Of a DNA stretch of 32,000 bases, positions 23,520 to 31,737 are shown in pieces. The position numbers were made by a program, and so were the translations under genes. The DNA comes from an uncultured Erysipelotrichaceae bacterium (GTDB lineage: Bacteria; Bacillota_I; Bacilli_A; Erysipelotrichales; Erysipelotrichaceae). Numbering within the stretch: the stretch's first letter is position 1; every line of letters starts with the position of its first letter. The notes below the pieces were generated by a model that saw nothing but the letters and a program-made list of their open reading frames with translations, ran no database searches and was not told the origin of the DNA. Where the stretch lies: the NCBI GenBank assembly GCA_942493105.1, contig OW818668.1, positions 270,001 to 302,000 on the forward strand, read 5' to 3'.

Positions 23520-25076
23520 ATGAAAACATTAAAGGAAAGATTAACACTTAATAAATCTGGCGTCGTATTGATGTCCGTTATGATCATTTTGTTGGTCATG
23601 ACCATCATCATATCTGGTGTCGTATTTATCACCGTAGCCAATCTTGAGAATTCTCAAAAAACAGCTTCTCATACAGAAACATTTTATGTTGCGGAAGGTG
23701 GAGTCAACTATCTGACCCAAACCTTTGAAAACTTCTATGCAACAGTTCCAACCACAACTTCAACCTCATTCTTTACTGCAATCGATAATTTTGCTGCGAC
23801 TTATCCAGTCAGCAATAAGCAAGTGGTTTCATTCTCAAACAACAAAGGTAAAACATCTGAAGCAAGAATTTGGATCACCCCATTAACGGTTACTGACCCT
23901 AGCGTCCATCGCTATCAGATCTTCTCTGATGGCTATATTGGCAACGTTAAACGCACATTATCAAGAATCATGGAAGTCAGCTATATCAATGGTGGATTGG
24001 CTTTCAAAGACGCTGTTTTAGCTGTAGGTAAACTAGCAGTTGGAGGAGCATATATTGATGGCAGTATTCAAACAACTTCAACCGCTACTCCTGCCATTAC
24101 CTTTTTAGGTGGTACAGTTGACGCAGTCTATATTCCAAGCGGAACTGTTCCGACGGATGTTGTCGATTCTTCAAACTATAACAACTCAATTCCAGGACTT
24201 GGGACTGCCGGGATTTATCAACAAGACCCGCCGACACTAAATCCGATAATTGTATTAACTGCTCCAGTGACAACTACCAAGTTAAAGAATTTCACTTTCA
24301 CAAGCGGCGGTAAAAGTTATCAAATCATTAATAATGGAAATTTCTCAATTACTTCTACAACCAATTTAAGTGTTCCAACAGTATATAATCTTGGAAATGA
24401 AAATCCAGGACAGTCAGTTTTCTATGTGCCCAATCTAAAAGTAACAGCATTAGCGCCTAATTTTACACTAGAAATCAACCGTGATATTACCTTAGTAACA
24501 GATACATTATGGTTAAATAATCAATTTAAAGTTACTGGCACAGGCAAACTAACGATATTTGTTAAACCTAGTGGCAGTACTTCATCAACGAATACAAAGT
24601 TACAAATCAATGCCAGTGGTATCGTAGGCAATCAATCAGATTCTACTAAGATGTCGATTTATGTAGGGGCTTTAACTTATAAGAGTGGTAGCTCACAATT
24701 GCCGTGGACACTTACATTAGGATCTGGCAGTTATTACTTCAGTTTGATTTGTGCCAATTTAAATATTGATTTGGCAGACTCCACACTAAGAGGAGCAGTG
24801 GCTACAAATGGCGCTAAAGTCTTTATCGGACCAAGCTCCGCTTCATCCGCTATCCTTCTGTATGCTCCATTGGCTGAAGTTCAAATGAAGTCATCATCTT
24901 CGAGTTTCTATGGGGCTATTGTTGCCGGAAGTTTTGTGAGTAGCACAGGTAACAGTCATCCTACTATTGTTTATTCACCGGCGGTGAACACATATATTCC
25001 AGTTGATGTTATCGATTTAACGGGTATAAATTCGCCACCAACCATAACCGTTGTAAAATCCCCTACTCAAGAATAA
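23520..25076 (+). CDS. large PilX/PilK-like pilus-associated protein (putative minor pilin or tip/adhesin subunit)
   Basis: 518 aa. N-terminus ...NKSGVVLMSVMIILLVMTIIISGVVFITVANLENSQKTA...FYVAEGG resembles the PilX N-terminal domain, with a Gly then a hydrophobic helix but no Glu+5. The rest is Ser/Thr/Asn/Val-rich. It lies directly after two minor pilin genes. Confidence 0.55.
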   Translation: MKTLKERLTLNKSGVVLMSVMIILLVMTIIISGVVFITVANLENSQKTASHTETFYVAEGGVNYLTQTFENFYATVPTTTSTSFFTAIDNFAATYPVSNKQVVSFSNNKGKTSEARIWITPLTVTDPSVHRYQIFSDGYIGNVKRTLSRIMEVSYINGGLAFKDAVLAVGKLAVGGAYIDGSIQTTSTATPAITFLGGTVDAVYIPSGTVPTDVVDSSNYNNSIPGLGTAGIYQQDPPTLNPIIVLTAPVTTTKLKNFTFTSGGKSYQIINNGNFSITSTTNLSVPTVYNLGNENPGQSVFYVPNLKVTALAPNFTLEINRDITLVTDTLWLNNQFKVTGTGKLTIFVKPSGSTSSTNTKLQINASGIVGNQSDSTKMSIYVGALTYKSGSSQLPWTLTLGSGSYYFSLICANLNIDLADSTLRGAVATNGAKVFIGPSSASSAILLYAPLAEVQMKSSSSSFYGAIVAGSFVSSTGNSHPTIVYSPAVNTYIPVDVIDLTGINSPPTITVVKSPTQE

Positions 25077-25106
25077 ATTCTGCTCAAGAAGAAAGGAGCT
25101 CATTAT

Positions 25107-26303
25107 ATGCCTTCTAAATTCCGGTTTACAGCTGTAGATGCTTCAGGAAACTCCGTCAGTGATACGCTTACTGCAGACTCCCCTGGACATCTCATGTCTC
25201 AGATTCATGCCAAGAACTTATTCTGTTTGGAATATGAAGAACTTGGTGTAAACAATGCTGTCGCAAGTAAGTTGAAGTTGAAGAGTTTGGTTATCTTCTG
25301 CCGACAGTTAGGAACCATGCTGAATGCCGGGATCCCAATCTCACAGGCTTTGAAGATGATTCAAGATAAGGCTGATAGTCCACGAGCCCGAAAAGTCTTC
25401 TCACAGCTCTATGAAGACGTTCAAAAAGGTAATTCGTTGTCTTTGGCAATGCAACTTCAACCTGGTATGTTCCCATCCTTGCTGGTCAATATGATCTTGG
25501 CTGGTGAAGCAGGTGGAACATTAGATTCAGCCATGAATCGTATGGCTGATCATTTCGATAAAGAAATGAAACTATCCAATAAAGTCAAAGCTGCTTTGGT
25601 TTATCCAATCATCTTGTCTGTATTAGCGGTATCCGTCGTCTTGATTCTAGTTACATTCGTCTTACCTACCATCACAAATATGTTTCCGGCAGAAGATATG
25701 CCAGCTACTACGCGTGTTTTGTTGGCGTTTAGTGACTTTGTGATCAATCAGTGGTATATCATTGTGATCTTCTTAATCGTATTCTTTGTGGGGGGAAGAT
25801 TTGCCCTTCAAATTCCTTCTGTTAAATATGAAGTGGATCGTTTCATGTTGACAATGCCCATCATAGGCAAACTGAATCGGACCATTTATTCTGCACGCTG
25901 CGCTCGTACCTTTGCTTCGCTTTACCTAAGCGGTGTACAAGCTCTCGATATGATTGAAATAACAGGCAAAGTTTTAGGAAACACCTACTTGGTTCGACGT
26001 TTTGATGAGGTCATCTCACTGGTCAGCCGTGGTGAATTCATCTCTAAAGCCATCTCGAATACTGAAGCTTTTGACCCCATGTTGGGATCGATGCTCTATA
26101 TTGGGGAAGAGTCTGGCTCATTAGGAGACATTTTACTTAAAACTGCTGATTATTTCGATGGGGAATCGGAAACAGCCCTGCAGCGTATGGTCGCATTGAT
26201 TGAACCCGTTATGTTGGTCGTCATGGGCATCATTATTGCCTTTGTCGTCATCTCGATCATGCAGCCGATCTTTACAATGTATAACTCTGTCGGGAATGTT
26301 TAG
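25107..26303 (+). CDS. pilC: type IV pilus platform protein PilC (GspF family)
   Basis: 398 aa with duplicated GspF-type domains: FCRQLGTMLNAGIPISQAL...LILAGEAGGTLD and FASLYLSGVQALDMIE...GEESGSLGDIL. Three TM segments. RBS AAAGGAG. Confidence 0.92.
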   Translation: MPSKFRFTAVDASGNSVSDTLTADSPGHLMSQIHAKNLFCLEYEELGVNNAVASKLKLKSLVIFCRQLGTMLNAGIPISQALKMIQDKADSPRARKVFSQLYEDVQKGNSLSLAMQLQPGMFPSLLVNMILAGEAGGTLDSAMNRMADHFDKEMKLSNKVKAALVYPIILSVLAVSVVLILVTFVLPTITNMFPAEDMPATTRVLLAFSDFVINQWYIIVIFLIVFFVGGRFALQIPSVKYEVDRFMLTMPIIGKLNRTIYSARCARTFASLYLSGVQALDMIEITGKVLGNTYLVRRFDEVISLVSRGEFISKAISNTEAFDPMLGSMLYIGEESGSLGDILLKTADYFDGESETALQRMVALIEPVMLVVMGIIIAFVVISIMQPIFTMYNSVGNV

Positions 26304-26326
26304 GAAAAGGAAAGAAGGAGCACTCT

Positions 26327-27226
26327 ATGCCACTATCTATTGAGATTCGTTTGAAACAGATGCAAGTAGTTCAGACCGCAGTGACTAAGAACCGGATCCA
26401 CTATAAGAAAACTTGTAGTGTCCCTCTGGAAGACGGTTGGATCGATGCTAAGGGGATTGCTGATCCAGCTGCTGTTACTTTTGCGCTTAATAAAGCACTT
26501 GAAGATAATGGCATCAAAGAAAAGAAATGTACTTTATGTATCAATAATCCCTCTGTTATATATCGTGAGTTGACCATCCCTAAAGTTGATGATAAACGTG
26601 TTGCTTTCGTCATAAGAAGCGAAATGATCGCTACATTAGACTTAACTCATGATTATATCGTAGACTTCGTCATTCTTGATGAAACAACTGAGGCACACAA
26701 GACACATGTTAGAGTTTTAGCGGTTGCTATTTCTGAAAAAGCACTCGCAAGCTACATTGATGTCTGTACCAAAGTTGGTTTGAAGGTAGATGTAGTTGAA
26801 ACCGCAACCACATCCGTTATAAAATTAGTAAGCAAATCTGATGTTTGCGAAGGAAATGATCCCACTCTCGTTGCCGATATCGAAAACGACATCATGAAAC
26901 TTTATTTATTTGAAAATAAGAGTTATATCTTGCTTCGTAATACAAAACTCAATAATGTCGATTCCAAGAATAATATTGAATGGATCTCAAACATTGAAGA
27001 TGACATCAATAAAATGATGCAGTTTCAATTCACCCGTCCTTCACACATTGGAATTAAACGCATTGTCATCTTTGGAGATCATCCATTGATTCCACAAATT
27101 AAAAATGCTGTTTCAGAAAGTTTGTCTGTAGAAACCTTGCTTTACCCAAAACCCGACTTTCTAAGTGGGAGAGAGGAAAGTTATCTGCCCTATCTTAATG
27201 CGATTGGCGCGGCGCTGAGGAAATAA
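26327..27226 (+). CDS. pilM: type IV pilus assembly protein PilM (actin-like ATPase fold)
   Basis: 299 aa cytoplasmic protein directly upstream of pilN/pilO. It has a PilM-like layout (...VLAVAISEKALASYIDVCTKVGLKV..VETATTS...). RBS AAGGAG. Call relies partly on position. Confidence 0.7.
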   Translation: MPLSIEIRLKQMQVVQTAVTKNRIHYKKTCSVPLEDGWIDAKGIADPAAVTFALNKALEDNGIKEKKCTLCINNPSVIYRELTIPKVDDKRVAFVIRSEMIATLDLTHDYIVDFVILDETTEAHKTHVRVLAVAISEKALASYIDVCTKVGLKVDVVETATTSVIKLVSKSDVCEGNDPTLVADIENDIMKLYLFENKSYILLRNTKLNNVDSKNNIEWISNIEDDINKMMQFQFTRPSHIGIKRIVIFGDHPLIPQIKNAVSESLSVETLLYPKPDFLSGREESYLPYLNAIGAALRK

Positions 27227-27228
27227 TC

Positions 27229-27792
27229 ATGAAAAAAGACAACATTAATCTACTTGATAATTATCTGCTATCAGAAAAGAAACGTAAAAATCAGGGTTCT
27301 AAATCATTGAATATCATTGCCGTCTTCTTGGTGACCGTTCTATTGCTGTCTGCTTACTCGTTATCCTTATTCCTTCAAGACAAGACACTAAAGGATACCA
27401 ATAATGAACTTGAAGCTTATGTAACCAATCCTTCGACTCTAGCTCAAATAAAAGACATTACTGTTAAGCAAAGACAGTTGACCGATCTTAAAGAAATCTT
27501 GGTTGAACTTAAATCTTTGAATGCTGCTTTCGGAGCTATGCCTGAGATTAACTCTGTCGTCATCGGTAAAATCAACTCAAGTTTACCTCCAGACACAAAA
27601 ATCTTAACCATCGATTTTGATGGACAATGGTTTACACTAAAAACGATTTCTGTGAATTACTTAAGACCTTCTGAATTTGCTCGCAATTTAAGAAACACAG
27701 GTTTCTTTGAAGAAGTTAATTACTATGGATATGACGAAGAAAACGGTAAATACATCGGCAATGTTTTAGTTGCGATGAAGGTAGGAGAATAA
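27229..27792 (+). CDS. pilN: type IV pilus assembly protein PilN
   Basis: N-terminal INLL motif (MKKDNINLLDNY) that in PilN binds PilM, a single TM helix (IIAVFLVTVLLLSAYSLSLFL) and a periplasmic-type alpha/beta domain. 187 aa. Confidence 0.7.
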   Translation: MKKDNINLLDNYLLSEKKRKNQGSKSLNIIAVFLVTVLLLSAYSLSLFLQDKTLKDTNNELEAYVTNPSTLAQIKDITVKQRQLTDLKEILVELKSLNAAFGAMPEINSVVIGKINSSLPPDTKILTIDFDGQWFTLKTISVNYLRPSEFARNLRNTGFFEEVNYYGYDEENGKYIGNVLVAMKVGE

Positions 27793-27793
27793 T

Positions 27794-28429
27794 ATGAAGG
27801 TAACAAGACGTGAAAGAAATTTATTAGCATTCTTGTTGTTGATTGGATCGATTGCTTTGGTCTATGTATTTGTCATCACACCTCTTCAAAATTCAATCGA
27901 TACACAGAAAAATTTAAACGCTAGTTTACAAGATCAAAAAACATTGATTGACGCTCAGCTTTTAGCTGGAACAGGTTTAAGTGCTAAAGTTCAAAAAGCC
28001 TTGGATGATGTAAATGTTGAATTCGCTAAGATTGAAGCACCAATCTCATCAGAAGAATTTGAATTGAGATTGCAGCCGATCTTGGTCATCAATGACATCA
28101 ATATTATTTCTTGGATCGTTAATGATCCCATCATCACAACTCCTAATCTTCCAACTTATGAAAATAATGGTTATGCATATAAACTTAAAGAACTTGTTAA
28201 TAATTACAATGGTAAAGGGACTCCGACCTCAACGATCCCTTCTTCCAATTCTGAATTGGTCATGACAACAGTCATCTTTACATTCAGCAGTTCATATGCA
28301 GACTATGTAGAAGTACTAGATGCCATAGTCGGTTGGAATTCCACTGTATTTGTATCTGCCACCAGCCGTGATAATACCACAGGCGAAGCAGTTATAGCGA
28401 TTGATTTCTATTCCATTGAAAAGCCATAA
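27794..28429 (+). CDS. pilO: type IV pilus assembly protein PilO-like
   Basis: 211 aa. N-terminal TM helix (LLAFLLLIGSIALVYVFVI), then a coiled-coil-like segment and a C-terminal domain. It sits after pilN with a 1-nt gap. The call is mostly positional. Confidence 0.55.
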   Translation: MKVTRRERNLLAFLLLIGSIALVYVFVITPLQNSIDTQKNLNASLQDQKTLIDAQLLAGTGLSAKVQKALDDVNVEFAKIEAPISSEEFELRLQPILVINDINIISWIVNDPIITTPNLPTYENNGYAYKLKELVNNYNGKGTPTSTIPSSNSELVMTTVIFTFSSSYADYVEVLDAIVGWNSTVFVSATSRDNTTGEAVIAIDFYSIEKP

Positions 28430-28493
28430 ACACCAGACATAAGAATTTATTCCACTAAGCATGGCAGACACAAATGTACAAGGAGCAATCATC

Positions 28494-30182
28494 GTGAAAT
28501 CATTACCCTTAGGTCAAATCTTACTTGAAGAAAAGGTCATTACTGAACAAGAACTGAACCAAGCCTTGGAACAACAAAAAGTATCCAAGAAACGTTTAGG
28601 GGCGGTCATTATCGACATGGGCATCGTAGAAGAAGTTGACATTATGAAAGCGTTGGCAAGACGCTTAAAAGTCGATTTCTTAGAAAACCCTCTGTTTTCC
28701 ATTGATTTAGAAACCGTTAAGTTGGTTCCTGAATCATTTGCGAGAAAACATAAAATCGTTCCTCTGAATATTCGTGAAGGACATTTAAACATTGTCACCA
28801 ACGATCCACTGAACTTTACCTGTTTTGAAGACATCAGTATGATCACGTCGATGGAAGTTCAAACTGTTTTATCGACAGAAACTGAAATCGACAAATGTAT
28901 CGACAGAGTGTATTCAAAACGAAATGCGGATGAAATCATCGAAGATATTCGTTCTGAATATGGTGAAATCAACATTGAAATCAATCCTGAACGAGATGAT
29001 CAAGCTGCGATCGTAGAACGCGTAGATTCTGCACCAATCGTAAAACTGGTCAATTCATTGGTTCAAGAAGCCTATCAAGAAAATGCATCAGATATCCATA
29101 TTGAACCTGAAGAAAGCCATACCAGAGTTCGTTTTAGAATCGATGGAGACTTGGTTGAACATTCAACTTTCTCAAAAGACATTCATGGTTTATTAACGAC
29201 CCGCATTAAAATCATCAGCGGAATGAACATCGCTGAAAAACGTTTACCTCAAGACGGAAGCTTCAATGTCCGTACAGACTATATTCATGTCGATATGCGT
29301 GTTTCCAGTTTACCTACACCTTATGGTGAAAAAATCGTTATGCGTCTGTTGGGAGCCAACAGAGCCATAGATTATGATATGAGAGCTTTGGGTTTATCCA
29401 ATCATACATTGAATCTACTTGAAAAATCCTTGCATATCCCTAATGGGATCATATTGGTTACAGGTCCTACCGGTTCTGGTAAAACAACGACCTTGTATTC
29501 GATGTTGTCCAGCATCACCAAACCTACCCTCAATATCGTAACTGTAGAAGATCCTATTGAACGTCGTTTCCAAAATATCACTCAAGTTCAAGTCAATCCA
29601 CGTGCTGGTTTGACCTTCGCATCTGGCTTAAGATCCATCCTTCGTCAAGATCCGGATGTCATCATGGTTGGGGAAATTCGAGATGCTGAAACAGCCGAAA
29701 TCGCCATCAGAGCCGCTATTACTGGTCACTTGGTCTTATCCACTGTCCATACCAATGATGCCTTATCTACGATCGTTAGATTGACAGATATGGGCATTGA
29801 ACCGTATTTGGTTGCTTCATCCGTCAAATGTGTCGTATCTCAACGTTTAGTCAAACGGATCTGTCCGCATTGTAAAGAAAAGACAGAAGCCAGTCATAGT
29901 GATAATCTCTTGCTTCAAACTCAATTGACTCATGTCTATGCCGGTAAAGGTTGTCAACAATGCAAATTCACAGGCTATATGGGACGTACTCCAGTTCATG
30001 AAGTCATGATCGTAGATTCACACTTCGAAGATCTCATCACACACAGAGCTTCTATGGAAGATCTAAGAGCCTATGCCAAAGAAAAGAAGATGAGAATGCT
30101 TAAAGATGAAGTCTCTGATTTGATTGAAACAGGAGTGACGACCGTCGAAGAAGGCTTACGCATTCTGTATTCTGTCGATTAA
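28494..30182 (+). CDS. pilB: type IV pilus extension ATPase PilB (GspE family) with N-terminal MshEN/T2SSE_N-type domain
   Basis: Walker A GPTGSGKTTT, Asp/His boxes, Walker B ILRQDPDVIMVGEIRD, and a tetracysteine CPHC...CQQC. I prefer GTG 28494 (8 nt after AAGGAG at 28480-28485) over the track ATG at 28461, which has no RBS. Confidence 0.92.
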   Translation: MKSLPLGQILLEEKVITEQELNQALEQQKVSKKRLGAVIIDMGIVEEVDIMKALARRLKVDFLENPLFSIDLETVKLVPESFARKHKIVPLNIREGHLNIVTNDPLNFTCFEDISMITSMEVQTVLSTETEIDKCIDRVYSKRNADEIIEDIRSEYGEINIEINPERDDQAAIVERVDSAPIVKLVNSLVQEAYQENASDIHIEPEESHTRVRFRIDGDLVEHSTFSKDIHGLLTTRIKIISGMNIAEKRLPQDGSFNVRTDYIHVDMRVSSLPTPYGEKIVMRLLGANRAIDYDMRALGLSNHTLNLLEKSLHIPNGIILVTGPTGSGKTTTLYSMLSSITKPTLNIVTVEDPIERRFQNITQVQVNPRAGLTFASGLRSILRQDPDVIMVGEIRDAETAEIAIRAAITGHLVLSTVHTNDALSTIVRLTDMGIEPYLVASSVKCVVSQRLVKRICPHCKEKTEASHSDNLLLQTQLTHVYAGKGCQQCKFTGYMGRTPVHEVMIVDSHFEDLITHRASMEDLRAYAKEKKMRMLKDEVSDLIETGVTTVEEGLRILYSVD

Positions 30183-30190
30183 GGGGACCC

Positions 30191-31243
30191 ATGCTTCAAG
30201 AGATCCTAATAAAGGCACAAAAAGAGTCTTGTTCAGACATTCATATCTCAGGAAATGAGAAGGTCTTATTCAGAAAAGATGGACGTCTCCTATCCTATTC
30301 AAGTGATATAATAAGTTCAGAGCAGGCTCTATCCGTAGTTCACGAATTGTTAAGTACGGAAGCCTTTGAAACCTATACAAAAGGTCATGATATCGATGCT
30401 GCTTATACAGATTCAGAAATGAATCGATATCGACTCAACATCTACCGTCAGCGCGGTGTACCCGCAATAGCGATCCGTTTACTTAGAAAAACGATCCCGA
30501 CGCTTGAAGAACTCAAGCTTCCTGAAGTCCTAAGTACATTGGCAATGCTTCCAAGAGGCCTCGTATTACTCACAGGTCCTACCGGAAGCGGTAAGTCCAC
30601 CACCCTAGCCGCTATGATTGATCATATCAATCGTAATAGATCTGTTCACATTTTAACTCTAGAGGATCCTGTAGAATACATTCATACTCCCAAAATGGGT
30701 ATGATCCATCAACGAGAGATCCATACAGACGTAACCGACTTCGCGTCAGCCTTACGTTCTGCACTTAGAGAAGACCCGGATGTGATCTTGGTAGGAGAAA
30801 TGCGCGATCATGAAACGATCGCCTTGGCTCTGACTGCCGCGGAAACCGGGCACCTCGTATTGTCCACCCTACACACTACCGGGGCTGCCAGTACGATCGA
30901 TCGTATTATTGATGTATTCCCACCCCACCAACAAGGGCAAATCAGAACTCAATTGGCATCATCCCTACAGGGTGTTGTCTCTCAAGATCTGGTTCCACTC
31001 GAAGGTGGCGGTCGAATTGCCGCACATGAGATCATGATCATGACTGATGCGATAGGCAATTTGATCCGCGAAAACAAAATCGTTCAGATCAACTCTGCGA
31101 TTCAAACCGGCATGCGGATGGGCATGTGCACCCTGGACGGATCCCTGGCTAACTTGATCCGAAAAAATCTGATCTCTGTGGATACAGCATTGGAGTACAC
31201 CAACAATCCTGAGGCGTTGAAACGTTTACTCCACAACTACTAA
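30191..31243 (+). CDS. pilT: type IV pilus retraction ATPase PilT
   Basis: 350 aa. SDIHI..., RYRLNIYRQRG, LLTGPTGSGKSTT, ILTLEDPVEY, LREDPDVILVGEMRD, GHLVLSTLHT and the AIRNLIRE-like GNLIRENK block match PilT rather than PilB, with no N-terminal domain and no Zn motif. Confidence 0.92.
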   Translation: MLQEILIKAQKESCSDIHISGNEKVLFRKDGRLLSYSSDIISSEQALSVVHELLSTEAFETYTKGHDIDAAYTDSEMNRYRLNIYRQRGVPAIAIRLLRKTIPTLEELKLPEVLSTLAMLPRGLVLLTGPTGSGKSTTLAAMIDHINRNRSVHILTLEDPVEYIHTPKMGMIHQREIHTDVTDFASALRSALREDPDVILVGEMRDHETIALALTAAETGHLVLSTLHTTGAASTIDRIIDVFPPHQQGQIRTQLASSLQGVVSQDLVPLEGGGRIAAHEIMIMTDAIGNLIRENKIVQINSAIQTGMRMGMCTLDGSLANLIRKNLISVDTALEYTNNPEALKRLLHNY

Positions 31244-31280
31244 TCCTAGAATCACAATTAAACTTCAAAAAGGAGAACAA

Positions 31281-31631
31281 ATGAAGAAATTAAACAAAAA
31301 AGGGTTTACACTTATTGAATTGATCGTCGTTATCGCTATCTTGGCTATCTTGGCTGCGATCTTGATTCCTGCGATTACTGGTTATATTACAAAGGCTGAA
31401 CAAGGCAGAGATTCTGCTAACTGCCGCTCATCCTACTCGCAAGCAGCAATGTCAGTTATGCTTGAAGCCGATCCATTAGTACCTGCTTCAGGTGCTGTAG
31501 TTAGTGGATTAACAATTACATATACTGTTGATACAACCAACAATGTTATTAATGCTGGTTTCAAATGTGTTGGTGCTACTGGTACATATACCGCTCCAGA
31601 CTTTAAACGCACTGCTACACCAGCTCCTTGA
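31281..31631 (+). CDS. pilA: type IV major pilin
   Basis: MKKLNKKG|FTLIELIVVIAILAILAAILIP is a canonical prepilin signal. 116 aa with two Cys (ANC, FKC) that could form the C-terminal disulfide. Strong RBS AAAGGAG, followed by a terminator. Confidence 0.85.
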   Translation: MKKLNKKGFTLIELIVVIAILAILAAILIPAITGYITKAEQGRDSANCRSSYSQAAMSVMLEADPLVPASGAVVSGLTITYTVDTTNNVINAGFKCVGATGTYTAPDFKRTATPAP

Positions 31632-31665
31632 TTATTCTTTTAGCAACTCGTACAAAAATAATATT

Positions 31666-31692
31666 AAAACGGTTCCTCAGGGCCGTTTTTTT
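31666..31692 (+). terminator. rho-independent terminator of the pilus operon
   Basis: AAAACGG (31666-31672) ... CCGTTTT (31683-31689) with inner CCT/AGG pairs, followed by a T run to 31692. Confidence 0.7.
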
Positions 31693-31737
31693 ATGGTCAT
31701 AATAAAAGGCATCAACTCATTGTTGATGCCTTTGTGT

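Noticed and set aside
28514-28846. 110-aa minus-strand ORF inside pilB
   Set aside because: It is antisense to the conserved PilB N-terminal domain, so it is a shadow ORF.
22657-31631. Interpreting the cluster as a ComG-type competence pseudopilus
   Set aside because: The PilM/PilN/PilO alignment genes, a PilT retraction ATPase and a large PilX-like protein fit a type IV pilus. There is no ComGA-only, ComEA or ComEC context in the window. A DNA-uptake role for the pilus itself cannot be excluded.
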